This document shows, piece after piece, positions 23,364-36,237 of a DNA stretch of 64,000 nt. The position numbers and the translations under genes are program-made. The stretch comes from Blastocladiella emersonii ATCC 22665. Taxonomy: Eukaryota; Fungi; Blastocladiomycota. The stretch spans positions 3,534,001-3,598,000 of the forward strand of contig JANHCV010000001.1 in the NCBI GenBank assembly GCA_025594325.1. The letters run 5' to 3'. Numbering within the stretch: position 1 is the stretch's first letter; each line of letters begins with the position of its first letter. The notes beneath the pieces were generated by a model that saw only the letters and a list, made by a program, of their open reading frames with translations, was not told the DNA's origin and did not search any database.

Positions 23364-24680
23364 ATGTCTTCCAGCACCCCTCCACAACCGCCACCGGGCT
23401 CGGGCCTGGGTTCGGGCGCATCTCCGCCCAACGTCCCCGCCGCACCACAATGTGAGCTCATGGACGGCTTCGCGATTGGCGTGCAGCTGCTCATGGGCTC
23501 GGCGGCGTTCCTGTCGCTGCTGTTCAAGCGGCACCGCGAGTCGCCGCGGCGCCCGATGCGCGTGTGGCTGTGCGACGTGTCCAAGCAGGGCTTTGGCGCG
23601 TCGTTCGTGCACGGGCTCAACGTGCTCGTGTCGCTCGTCGCGGGCGCCAACCCGGAGAGCCACTCGCAGAACCCGTGCGTCTACTACTTCCTCAACGTGG
23701 TACGGTCCGGCCGCGCGCTTGCCTGCGGGGGGAACCGTGCACCGGCTGACAGTCATTGTCGGTCGACTAGGGTATCGACACGACGGTCGGCGTCTACATC
23801 CTGTTCCTGTGGCTGCGGCTCGCACACGGCGTCGTGGTGCGGCTCGGCATCGAGCGCGACCTGCGGTCGGGCCACTACGGCGACCCGCCGCGGTTCCTCG
23901 CGTGGCTCAAGCAGACGATCCTGTTCAGCTTCTGCCTCTTCATGATGAAGGTGTGCGTCGCGCTCGCCATCTACCTGTTCCCGGTCCTCGAGTGGGTCGG
24001 CAAGATTGCCCTCGCGCCGTTCAAGGACCCGCGCACCGAGGTGCTCTTCGTCATGCTGGTGTTCCCCATGATCATGAACAGTACTACGTTCTGGCGCTCC
24101 TCCCGACGCGGCACGCCGAACGCTAACTCGCCCGTCCCGCCCGCCCATAGTCGTCCAGTTCTGGCTCGTCGACCACGTCATCAAGCACAAGGGCCCCCTG
24201 CCACCCTCCGCCGCAGGGGGCGAGAACGGGACGCTCGACGTGTTCTCGCCGCCGAGCAGACGCACCTCGCTCGACTCGTACCTGTTCGAGGACGAGTACC
24301 TGAGCGACACGTCGCTGCTGACCACGTCGGCCGACCTGCCCCACGCCGGCAACCCCGTGGGCTGCGGCGGCACCAACACCCCGCCATTACCGCGCCCGCT
24401 GTCGTCGGGCCGCCGCTGGCTCGCCAAGCTCGCGGGGAACCGCGCCGGGTACATGCCCGTCGGCACGTCGTCGTCCGGCTCGCTCGCGGACGCGGCCGTC
24501 GCAGAACATGCGGCGACGGGGCGGGTGTCGCGCGGATCCCTCGACCACGTCGCCATGACGCCCACGGGATCGCCGCTGCAGGCGGCCGCGGTGCTGGGGT
24601 TCGGGTCGCCCGTCGTGGACGCGAGGGTCGTGGACTCGGCGATCGTGCCGTCCACGAACACGGACGACGCGGACAAGTAG
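23364..24680 (+). CDS. STIMATE/TMEM110-family multi-pass membrane protein, about 391 aa. Exons 23364-23699, 23771-24080, 24151-24680
   Basis: SLLFKRHRESPRRPMRVWLCDVSKQ, NPCVYYFLNVGIDTTVG, SGHYGDPP...WLKQ, FVMLVFPMIMNIVQFWLVDHVIK. Confidence 0.85.
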
Positions 24681-24865
24681 ATTCGCTCTCAATGGACAAA
24701 CTGTTACCTTGCGAACCAGCGAGCGGAGTGAGATGGTGAGGCTATATTTTGGTGTAGGGTAGAGTGGGGTAGGGGACAGAGCAAGAAAGGAGGAGCGAGA
24801 GGAGAGAGTCGACCCGGTTCAGGTCGCGCAACAACGAACAAAAAGGGGGGGAGCACAGCAGTTCC

Positions 24866-26140
24866 TTAGAACTCGACGGCGCGGCGGATGCCCTCGTAGC
24901 ACCGGACCATGTCGGGGACGTAGAACTTCTCGTAGATGAGCGGGAACGGCGTGTCCCAGCCGCACACGCGCTGGATCGGGGCCTCGAGGCGGAGGAAGCA
25001 CTCCTTCTGGATGGTGGCGGCGATCTCGGACGCGAACCCGCCCGTGAGCGGGGCCTCGTGGGCGACGACGAGGCGGCCCGTCTTGTTGACCGAGTTGACG
25101 ACCGTCTCAATGTCCCACGGCGCAATGGTGCGCAGGTCAATCAGCTCGCACGACAGGCCGGGTATCCGCTGCTCGGCCATCTGGATCGCGTTCTCGAGCA
25201 CGTACAGCTGCGAGCCCCACCCGACCACGGTCACGTCCTTGCCCTCCTTGAGCACCTCGGCCTGGCCGATGGGCAGCTCGTAGTCGCCCGTCGGCACCTG
25301 CTCGACGGCGGCGCGGTACAGGATCTTGGGCTCCATGAAGATGACGGGGTTGTCCTCGCGGATCGCCCGCAGCAGCAGGCCCTTGGCCTGGATGGGCGAC
25401 CGCGGGATCACGATCTTGAGCCCCGGCGTGTGGGCAAAGTAGGCCTCGGGCGACTGCGAGTGGTAGTGGCCGCCGTGGCCGACGGCCATGATGGGCATGC
25501 GCACCGTGAGCCCGCCGCAGCTGAACTCGTTGCCCGAGCGGTACCGGAACTTGGCCGCCTCGTTGACGAGCTGGTCGAACGCCGGGAACATGTAGTCGCC
25601 GAACTGGATCTCGGCAATGGCCGTGTGGCCCATGGACGCGAGCCCGACGGCGAACCCGGCGATCCCCTGCTCGACGAGCGGCGTGTTGAAGACGCGGTCG
25701 CCGCCGTACTTTTCCTTGAGCCCCATGGTGCACCGGAACACGCCGCCAAAGGCCACGTCCTCGCCGAACACGACCGCGGTCGGGTCGGTGCCGAGCGCCG
25801 TGTCCATGGCGTTGTTGACGGCCTGGAACAGGTTCATCTTGGTGGTCGCGCCCGACTTGACGATCTCGGCGGGCAGCCCGGGCGTCGCCAGCGCCAGCTC
25901 GGGCGTGCCGCGGATGAACTTGGAGTGCGCGACGCCGGGCATGAACCCGCCCGCGGGCGGCGGCGAGCCCGACGCCTGGGCGGCGCGCGCCGAGGCGTGG
26001 AACTAGAGACAGAAGATCGGCAGCGCGGCGGCGTCAGCGGTCCATCGTCCCTGCTGCCGCGACGGCGCGTGCTCGCGTACCGAGCGCAGGCCCTGGCGCG
26101 CGGCCTGGACGAGGGTGGACTGGCGCAGCATGGAGGCCAT
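24866..26140 (-). CDS. BCKDHB: Branched-chain 2-oxoacid dehydrogenase E1 beta subunit, mitochondrial, 398 aa. Exons 26140-26081, 26002-24866
   Basis: [88 protein letters not shown]; presequence in exon 1. Confidence 0.96.
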
Positions 26141-26495
26141 AGTCGTCAGGAGTCGTGCGAGGCGGGGGACGAGGAGTCGATGCGTGGGTGCAAGTTCGTA
26201 GCAAATCGGGGAGTGGCCGGGCCCTGCGAGGAGGAGAGGAGAGGAAGGGAGCGGCGGTGGCGGCCGCTAAGCTGCGACCAAGCGCGGCTGTGGGGGCCGC
26301 CCCACTCACGTGGGCGTTGGGGGTCGGGCGCCGCCGGGTCGCTCGGCGCGTCTCGCGCCCGCCGCGAGACACTTTGGTTTGCCTGCGACGCGTCGCAATC
26401 TCGCCAAGGAACTGGTTGGTTAACAGACTAATGTGTATCATAAATGTAGAGAGCAACAACAGCAACACCACTCAGACCACTCCTCCTACCCGCGC

Positions 26496-29310
26496 TCAGT
26501 TGCGCACAAAGTCGAGCAGGCAGTTGCAGTACCGCAGCTCGCGCTGGACGCGGCCCCACTCGGCGTCGAGCGCGTCGAGCAGCGCTTGGAGCTCGCCGGC
26601 GACCTCGGGCGTGCGCGACAGCGCCTCGCCGTGGCACTTGAGGAACACGTTGATCCACGACTGCCCGAGCTCGAACGTGCGGCGCGCCGCGACGTGCTCG
26701 AGCATGGCGCGCATGAACGCGCCGAGGTGCAGCTCCGACAGCATGCGGATCTCGAGGTCAATCGCCGCGGGACCCATGTCGACCAGACTCGCCAGGAACA
26801 CGCCGTACTCGCGCTTGGCGTCGCACTCCTGCAGCAGCACCGTGAAGTCGGACTCGAGCGTCAGCTTGTTGAGCCCGAGGCTGCCAACGTCGTTGTCCTT
26901 GGCGCCGTCGGCCGCGAACGTGGGCATCAGGCCCGCCACCGTCGGCAGGAAGAAGGGCGCCATCTCGGGCTTCTTTGGCGGCTCCTTGGGCTTGTTGCGG
27001 GTCTTGAGCGAGTCGAGGTTGAGCAGCGACTGCCACCGCGACTTGGGGTACGTCGACAGCGTCACCATCTGCGCCGCGATCTGCACCGGCGTCACGTAGT
27101 CCGAGTACGTGATCTCGGCCGCCACCACCACGTCGCCCGCGTTGCCCTCGCCGTCCGCGTCCGCGTCGGCGAGCGCCGCCGCCGCCGCCTCGGCCTCGTC
27201 GTCCTCGCCCGCCGCCGACGGCAGCGCGAGCTCCGTCACCTCGTCCTCGTCCGTGAGCGGGCGCAGGCTGAGGTTGACAAACTGCGACCGGTTCGCCCAC
27301 AGGAACACGGCCAGGTTGTCGACGTGCGTGGTCGCGAGGTAGTCGCCGTGCGGCGAGAAGGCGAGCGACGTGACCACGTGGTCGACGCGGAACTGGTCGA
27401 TCAGGCACCCGGTCGGCAGGTCCCACGTCTTGACCGTGGCGTCGAGCGACGCCGACACGAGCCACCGGCCGTCGGGCGAGAAGGCCACGTCCGTGATGCG
27501 GTTGCGGTGGCCCCAGAACTCACGCACGATGCGCCGCGTCTCGAGGTCGAACACGCGCACCGCGAGGTCGTCGGCGACGATCGCGATCAGCTCGTTGTCG
27601 GCGTGGCACGCGAGCTGCGTCACGGGCGCCGGCACGGGGAGCGTGTACAGCTCCTTGCCCGTCTTGAAGTCCCACACCTTGATGGTCGCGTCGAGCGACG
27701 ACGACACCACAAACCGGTTGATGCGGTCGACCACGACCCCCGTCACGGCCTTGCGGTGACCCGCGATCGTGCGCCGGTGCTGGCCCGACTGCATGTTGTA
27801 CACGTCGAGGGCGCCCTGCGCCGACCCGATCACGGCAAAGTTGCCGCACCCGGACATGGCCACCGCCTTGACGGCGCCGCCGTCCGTCGCCACGAGCTTG
27901 TGGTCGCCGAGCGCCTTGCGGCGGAACGACCAGGTGCGCGCCTCCGGGTGGTTGTCGTGCGCCGTGATCACATTGTCCCAGTCGCGCTCCGTGAGCGGGT
28001 TGGCCGCGAGCGACGTCACGGGCGGCAGGCGCAGCTGGTCGAGCGTGATGCCGTGGCGCTTGGCGCCCTTGGTGGCGTGGGTGCCCGTGGCGGCCGCGGT
28101 GCCGGTGCCGGCACCCTGGCTCATCTCCGTGGACTGGGCGTCACGCACGACCGAGAATGTGCGCAGGGCGCGGTCCTTGGCGGCGGTGATGAGGGTGCGG
28201 CCGTGCTCGTCGTAGAAGCGGACCTGGGTCGGCGGCTGCGAGTGGCCCGAGCGGAACTTGAGCAGGCGCGGCACGCCGTCGGGCGAGTCGAAGATGAACT
28301 GCTTGATGGCGTTGTCGGCGCCCGACGTGACGAGCAGCGGCTGGCCGTTGAGGAAGTGCATGGACGGGATCAGGCCGTCGTGCGCGCCCTTGACCTGGTG
28401 CACGAGGCGGCGCTTGGCGAGGTCCCAGATGGCAATGTCGCCCTGGTGGTTGGCCGAGGCGAGCATGCTGGCGTCCTTGTCGGAACGGAAGGCGAGTGCC
28501 GTGACGCGGGCCTCCTGGTGGTAGCGGCCGATGCGCTCGTCGAGCTTGAGGTTGTGCAGGTGGATGTGGCCGTCGAGCGTGCCAATGGCGACCACGTCGA
28601 TGACGGGCGACTGCACGATGGTGGTGACGGCGGACCCGAGCGGGTCAAACTCGTAGATGAGCTTGCCCGTCTTGATGTTCCAGATCTGCATGGTGCCCTG
28701 CGAGGACCCAACCAGCACCTTGTTGAGGTACGTGTGCGGGTGCATGAAGCACGTCGCCGAGAAGGCGGCGCCGAACTCGAGGCTCGAGTAGACCTCGCCG
28801 GAGGCGTGGACCCACACGGTCAGCTGGTTGTCGTCGCTCAGGGCCAGGACGTAGTCGCCCAGGACCATGATCTGGAAGATGGTGCCGTCGATGCTCGGGT
28901 GGGCGAGCTCGCCGACCTGGTAACGGGAGGTGATTCGTTAGGATCGTCGCCTACTCCTCCTCGATGTAGAGCCGAGTGCAGTTGCGTACCCGCTTTCCGC
29001 GCTTGAAGACGTGCACGATGTTGCGGCACGCGGCGAAGGTCGTCTCCTTGAAGGCGCCGACGGCCGAGATGGGTTCTGGCGTCTGGGCGCTGGCGCTCAT
29101 GAGGCGGAACTTGTCGACATTGTAGACGTGGAAGGCGGTGCCGACGCAGGTGGTGAGGAAGGCCTCGGTGCCGAGCGTCTGCAGGTTGGTGGCGACATCG
29201 TTGCACACGGTGCCGATGGCGCGGAACGGCGCAAACACGTTCGACGGCGCGGGCTTCGCTGTTGCAGCAGGCTCGTCGCCGCGGCGGGCCTTCTTGACGT
29301 GATGCATCAT
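26496..29310 (-). CDS. UTP21: U3 snoRNP WD40 protein Utp21/WDR36, about 913 aa. Exons 29310-28990, 28916-26496
   Basis: FAPFRAIG, HPHTYLNKVLVGS, LVTSGADNAIKQFIFDSPDG, REFWGHRNRITDVAFSPDGRW, SRWQSLLNLDSLKTRNKPKEPPKKPEMAPFFLPT. Confidence 0.95.
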
Positions 29311-29692
29311 GATTCGCGTGGGTAGAGAGCACGGCGTCGCGCCGGACGCGCCTTGGGCCGCGGCCAGTCACACGCGGTCACGCCGCCCGTCGCGAGGGGC
29401 CCGGGCGGTCAGCTGACCCGGCCCATCACGCGGTTCTGAGTTCCGGCGCGACGCGCCGTGGCCTGCGCCGTGGCTGCCCGCTGTCGCATCGCCCGCTCTC
29501 CCACCCTCTGCTAACGACCATCGGACCCGCCGCCCTGCAACGTATCAAACTAGCCGAGCTCTCGCATAGCTACCCTCACGCGCCAGAAACCCGCCGCCAC
29601 CGTCGCCTGTACGGACCTTGCGCTTGTCAAGGACCGACCACCGCTTCGACCCTTGACTCTCCCCTCACTCCACCACAGGACTCGAGCCCGCC

Positions 29693-32439
29693 ATGAAGTT
29701 CTCGCACCAGCTGCGGCTGAACAGCGTGCCCGACTGGGCTGACGCGTACATCAGCTACTCGAACCTCAAGAAGCTCATCTATGCCATCGAAAAGTACGAG
29801 TCGGCGTCGCGCTACGGCGCCACGGGCGCGCCCTCGGGCAGCATCCTCGACCTCGAGGCCGCCGCGGGCGCGGGCGCTGCCGCTGCTGCCGCCGCCACCG
29901 CCGCCTCGACCGAGCAGACCCCGCTGATCGGCAGCCCCGGCGCCGGCACCCCGCAGGTCACGGCCGAGAACTTTCTGCGCGCCCTCGACGGCGAGCTCGA
30001 GCGCATCGTCGCCTTCTACGTCAAGACCGAGAAGGAGCTGTACGACCAGGTCGACGCCCTCAAGTCCGAAACCCACTACGCCGAGACCACGTACCACTCG
30101 CGCACCGGCCTCTCGGGCCTCTCGTCGCGCCTCACCTCGCAGAATATGAGCGGCCCCGCCAGCCCGCTCCTCGGCCCCAACTCCGCCGTCCGCACCGACG
30201 CCGAGGACGTGGAGCACGACTACGGCGCCGACGCCGAGGACACGGGGCTCGAGGACAACACGGGCGCCGCGCATCGTCCCACGTCGCTCGCCCCGCCCGC
30301 GTTCGGCGGCCTCCCGCCGCAGTCGCCCGTGCTCGCGCCGCTGGTCCCGCTGCAGACGCCGCTGTCGCCGATGCGCGCCGGCGACCCGTCCATGATCTCG
30401 CCCGGGGGCCACTCGTCGCCCACGTCGCCGCGCCGCGGCGTCAGCGCGCGCGGTGCGCTGCGGTCCAACACGGGCACTGCCATCTCCGGCATGGGCCCGA
30501 GCATCTGGGCGCGCCGCTCGATGCAGGGCCACCGCATCCGGCTCGGCCGCCGCGCCATCGACGTGTACGTATCGCTGTGCGACCTGCGCGACTACGTCCA
30601 GCTCAACTTCACGGGCTTCACCAAGATCCTGAAGAAGTTTGACAAGATTACGGGCTCGTCGACGCGCAAGGCGTACCTCGCCACCGTGTCGCAGACGTAC
30701 CCGTTCAGCCTCGACACGCAGTCGCGGCTGCTCGAGCGCATCGAGCAGATCGAGCAGCTGTACTCGCACATCATGGCGTTTGAGGACGTCGAGACTGCCG
30801 TCGCCGAGCTCAAGTCCAACCTGCGCCAGCACGTTGCCTTCGAGCGCAACACCGTGTGGCGGGACATGGTCTCGCGCGAGCGCCGCCACCTCGCCATCGA
30901 GATGAACAAGCCCGAGGACACGGGCGAGCCGCTGCTCGACACGTCGGTCGCCGGCATGCGCATCGTGGTCCCGCGCCCGACCATGGCGTCCGTGTTCCTG
31001 CTCGTCGGCGTCGCCATCTTCATCGCCATCCTGCAGAACCCGATCTTCGAGTCGGACGAGCAGCAGGCGTGCTTCGCGATCCTCGTCGCGGCGTCGTGGC
31101 TGTGGGCGACCGAGGCGCTCCCGCTTTTTGTCACGGCCATGTGCATCCCGCTGTGCGTCGTCACGCTGCGCGTCCTGCGCGACCCCGTCACGCTCGTCCG
31201 CCTCGACACGCACGCCGCGACCAAGGCCGTGTTCGGGTCCATGTTCTCGCCCGTCATCATGCTGCTACTCGGCGGCTTCTCGATTGCGGCGGCGCTGTCC
31301 AAGCACCACATTGCCAAGTCGTTTGCCGTCTCCATCCTGGCGCGCGCCGGGACCCGGACCATCTGGGTGCTGCTCGCCAACATGCTGGTGGCGACGTTTG
31401 CGAGCATGTGGATCAGCAACGTGGCGGCGCCCGTGCTGTGCTTCTCGATCATCCAGCCGATCCTGCGCACGTTGCCGCCCAACAGCACGTTTGCGCCGGC
31501 GCTGATTCTCGGGATCGCGCTCGCGTCCAACATTGGCGGCGCGGCGTCGCCCATCTCGTCGCCGCAGTCGGCGCTCGCCATGGAGAACATGAAGCCGGCG
31601 CCGTCGTGGGTCGAGTGGTTCATTGTGTCTCTCCCGCTGTGTATCGTGACCAACCTCATCACCTGGGTCATCCTGCTCGTCGTGTACCAGCCGCACGTCA
31701 ACACGCCCGAGATCGTGCCGCTGCGCCGCACCGACGACAAGCTCAGCACCAAGCAGTGGGCAATCCTGGCCGTCACGCTGCTCACGATCGTGCTGTGGTG
31801 CATCGAGTCGTCCATCGAGGCGTGGGTCGGCGACATGGGCATCATCGCCATCTTCCCGATCGTCGTCTTCTTCGGCACGGGGATCCTGACCAAGGACGAC
31901 TTCAACAATTTCCTGTGGTCGGTCATCATGCTCGCCATGGGCGGCATCGCGCTCGGCAAGGCCGTCGAGAACAGCGGCCTGCTCGCGGTCATCGCCACGT
32001 CCATCAAGTCGTTTGTCCACGGCATGTCGCTGTGGGGCGTCCTGTTCACGTTTTCGGGCCTGGTCCTCGTCGTCGCCACGTTCATCTCGCACACGGTCGC
32101 GGCGCTCATCGTCCTCCCGATCGTCGCCGAGGTCGGCAACCAGATGGCCGACCCGCACCCGCGCCTCCTCGTCATGGGCGCCGCGCTCATGTGCTCGGGC
32201 GCCATGGGGCTGCCCGTCAGGTACGCTCGTTCTTTGCTGACTCTCACCTCACTCGTGCTGACCTTGACTTCTCTCGTAGTGGATTCCCGAACATGAACGC
32301 CATCTCGCAGGAGGACGCGACGGGCAAGCCGTACCTGCGTTCGTGGGACTTTATCAAGAGCGGCGTGCCTGCGTCGATCGGGTTCTGGCTCGCCGTCCTG
32401 ACCATGGGCTACGGCACCACGTACTTCCTCGGGTTTTGA
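29693..32439 (+). CDS. SPX-domain low-affinity phosphate permease (Pho87/Pho90/Pho91 family, SLC13-like), about 895 aa. Exons 29693-32220, 32280-32439
   Basis: SPX motifs MKFSHQL...YISYSNLKKLIY and LNFTGFTKILKKFDK; LWATEALPLFVT, SMWISNVAAPVLC, ASNIGG..SPISSPQ, MGLPVSGFPNMNA. Confidence 0.93.
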
Positions 32440-32650
32440 TGACCTGCAGCCGAGGAAGGATTAATAAAAGTACTTGATTCGCGTCAGTCTGGACCACACG
32501 TGCGGCTGAGCGACGCGCCGCGGTGACGCGCAGCCTGAACTTGTTGCGGTCACCCAGATTCCCACCATCGCTTCGAACGTTTCTCTTCTTCTCCCCCTTA
32601 ACGAACAACCAACTGACCACGAAACTACGAATCAACACCTGCACTCAACC

Positions 32651-34185
32651 ATGGGCCAAGTCACCAGCCAGACGCTCGAACGCGCGCGCGCCGCGCTCCC
32701 GCTGATCCCGCGTCCCGGCGGCGCGCCCGGCGCACCCGCGACCGGCGGCCAGCAGCAGCAGCAGCAACAGGAGCGCATCGACTCGGGCCTGTGGTCGGGC
32801 AACTCCATGTACTTTGGCCCGCACTTTGTGCTGCGGTACCCGGCGCCGCGCGGGGCCGTGGCGACCGCGGGCCCGACGCCCGGCGAGGGCCAGATCATCA
32901 ACACGCAGCTCGCGGCGGCCGCCGCGGGCGTCACGGGAGACACGGCGATGGCGGCGGCGGCGGGCGTCACGCCTGAGATGATTGCCGCGTGGCGCGCGGG
33001 GCGGGGTGAGCTGGTACGACGCGACGCGTGACGCGTTTTGCAGGTCCCGCGAGCTGACGACCGTGAGTGGTGTATAGACCGCGGCGCCGGGCGAGTTCCA
33101 CGTCCTGTGCACGACGCTGCAGTGTCTCGTGAACGTCAAGCGCGCCTCGATCCTGCTCGAGGCGCTGCCGGCGGCGCAGGACCTGGGCGCCGCCGAGGGG
33201 ACAGACCCGCAGTCGCCCGGGTCGCGGCACTCGATCAAGTTCACGCTCGACTCGGTCATCCCGTGCGTCGTCAAGGTCATGATGGTGGTCCAGGAGCTCG
33301 ACGGGAAAGTGTACGTGACCCGCTCTCGCGCCGTGATGATGGACCAAAGACTGACTGACGGCAGCCGAGCGTAGTCTCAACCCCATGGCCGGCGCGCACT
33401 TCTCGCACCCGCTCGTCACGGTGCCGCTCCCCGCGGGGCTCGGGCAGACGTTTGACCTCGCGGCGCACTACCCGGCGGGGTTCGACCTCGGCGAGCTCAT
33501 GCAGTGCTACAGCAACGCCGTGGCCACGGTGTCGCCGCTCCCGCCGCCGCCCTCCTCGCCGACCTCGCCGACATCAACCGCGGCCAGCCCTCGCTCTGCC
33601 TCGCCCACCACCGCCGCCGAGGCACCCGCGCCGGTGCCCGTGTACCACATTGCGGTGACGGTGAGCGCGGACCCTTCGTACCCGCTGGTGACGGGCGGCG
33701 CGGACCCGGCGACGCTGGCGACCGAACAGTGGACGTTCCTGGCCGTGGACCCGCGCGACCGCGAGGTGCGCGTCGTCAAGCAGAAGATGTGGCTGCCCGG
33801 CGTTTCTGGGACTGCGCCCACGAGCTTCCTGCTGCAGGAGATCTACGGGTTCACCGAGACGGCGCCATCGGGCAGCCCTATCGCCGCCACCGACGACGCG
33901 GCGGGTAGTGGGCAACAGCCCGAGTGCATCGTGTGCATGGCCGACCCCAAGGACACGATGGTGCTGCCGTGCCGCCACCTGTGCCTGTGCAAGGACTGCG
34001 CGCAGCAGCTGCGCAAGCAGAGCGATAAGTGCCCCATGTGCCGCCAGCCGTACCACTCGATGCTCCACATTGCGCGGCCGCCCGAGGGCGGTGCTGCTGC
34101 CGACAAGGAGATCGACGGCGACGGGAAGCCCGGGTCGAGCGCGGCGGCCGGCGCGCCGCCCGTGTTGCGGACCGCGGCCATGTGA
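32651..34185 (+). CDS. MGRN1/RNF157/LOG2-like RING-HC E3 ubiquitin ligase, about 468 aa. Exons 32651-33013, 33078-33310, 33375-34185
   Basis: N-myristoylation consensus MGQVTS; TLQCLVNVKRAS; VVKQKMW...FLLQEIYG; RING CIVCMADPKDTMVLPCRHLCLCKDCAQQLRKQSDKCPMCR. Confidence 0.85.
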
Positions 34186-34709
34186 AACGCGATTGAGCGC
34201 GAAAGGAGGCCGCGATAACCCGTTCATACACTCTAATCTGTTTGCAAACCGACGGCGGAGCGGCGCGGATACGGCGATGAGGCGCGACGCGTCGAGATCA
34301 GCGATACGATCACGGCCTCAATTCAACACAAAGAGTTCGTTGATGGGGGAATTGAATGTATGAGTAAGCTAGGCATGGTTATAAACTGTACATGTGCTTC
34401 AAGAGAAAATGTCAAAATGGGTGAGGGTGGGGTAGGGTGTCAAAGGATCAAAAGAGCGGGGAAGGAGGAGTGCGAAGATCCCGGGCCCCACACACACAGC
34501 GACATCACGGACCCGGGTACAGGATGAGTTTACAAGGAAGGGGGAGAGAGGGGAGAGAATGGTACGCCTCGCGCGAACGTCAGAGATACGCGCGGACCAG
34601 CCGGCAAGGGTAGAGGAGAGAGGGTAGCGGAATGGGGGGAAGGCGAGGCGAGGACGTCTCCCGAGGACAGACGGACGGGGGGGTGTTCTTGTACACGATG
34701 CGTGCGGAC

Positions 34710-36237
34710 TTAGTCGCGCGACGGCTTCTTGGGCGCGTACGAAGACATCTCGTCTGCTAAAGCGGGCACGTGAAAAGTGGGAGACACGGGCCGAACGGAG
34801 GGCGTGAGGGAGGGGAGGGGAGCGAGGTCAAGTCAGTCATCGAGTTCAAGTAAAAGCGGATTTCCATGAGCGAGGGAGGCAGCGAGCGGAGGGGGACACA
34901 TCATCACAAACTCTTGCCCCAGGGCGTCGAGAAGACGAGCGTCGATCCCGACGAGGCCTCGGACGGGTCCAGCGAGTAGGCGAGGGCCATGGACCCGTGC
35001 GTGGCCACCATCGTCGGGTGATGGTGGACCAGCAGCGGCGTCGTCTCGGAGATCTCGACTGCTGCTGCTGCCTCGGTCGGTGGACATGGTTGAGAAGGAG
35101 GAGAGTGAGACGCACCAATCGTCGGGCGGTCGCGCCACATGAGCCACTGGATGAGGATGACGACGTCCTGCATGACGACGCCGGCCGAGCCAGCAATGAA
35201 GGGCGCCGAAGAGATGAGGTAGGCCTTCTGGTCGTCCTGCGAGAACGAGCGCAGCACCACGGAGATGGCGTAGGTGGCGTTGCCGCCGAGCGCGAAGGCG
35301 AACATGGCCGGCGAAAGGCCCTCGACGGAGCGGCGGCGGTAGTTGAGCAGGATTTGCGGGAAGCGCGACGACAGGTACATGACGGTGCAGATGTACGAGA
35401 TGACGGTGCCGACCTTGTAGGCGGTGGTGGTGGTGTCGACCTCGCCGGCGGCGAGCGCGGGCTGCAGCAGGGCCAGCACGGCGATGGCCACGACCATGTG
35501 CTTGGGGACGCGGGCGCCGTTGGCGGCCACGGGCGACGCGGCGCGGTGGCGCGACGGCGACGTGACCTCGGTCGTCTGCATCGTCTCCGGGTACAGGCGC
35601 GCCTTGATGTAGTTGTACCACAGGCACTGCGAGAAGAGCAGGATGTCGACGAAGACGAAGTAGCACGCCAGGTAGATCTGGAACGGCAGCTGCTGCGTCA
35701 GCAGCGACCCGACCAGGTTGGAGATGTCGCCGACGAGCCAGATGGCGATGAAGGTGATGGCGAGCGAGTTGGCGCTGCCCTTCTTGTAGTTGGAGTAGAC
35801 CTGGCTGTGGACATGACGAGGGGTGTGTGTCAGTCTAGTTTAAGTGGAAGGGTTCTCGAAGGTAGTGGTCGCGAAGGAGGCAGCGGGTGGGCGGCGGTGG
35901 GACCGCGTGGGCCGCTGCCGCCGTTGCCAGGCAAGGCAAATGAAAAGGCGATGCACAGGAACAACTCGCGGGTGCTCGCGGACGCGCGCGCGTCGCGCGT
36001 GGGCCACGCCGCGCGGTGCAGCTGCAGCTGGTGCAGTTGGCGAGCGAGGGACGGAGGGAGGAGGGGCAATCGCGAAGAAGCAACGTACGGGAACTGGGCA
36101 AAGAGCCAGAAGCCCATGGACAGGTAGCCGAAGACTACGCCGGCCGCATCCGCCTTGGTGTAGACGCACTCGCGGAAGATCGTGTAGATGAACCGGTGGT
36201 AGCCGAGCTTGCAGCCGGTCGCCGAAAGTGCCTCCAT
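34710..36237 (-). CDS. PQ-loop vacuolar/lysosomal basic amino-acid transporter (PQLC2/Ypq1 family). Exons 36237-36089, 35804-35116, about 35067-34912, optional 34756-34710
   Basis: Two PQ loops (WLFAQFPQVYSNYK; YLSSRFPQILLNYRRRSVEGLS), WLVGDISNLVG, dileucine ETTPLL. The 3' end is uncertain (stop at 34904 if the last intron is not spliced). Confidence 0.88.
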
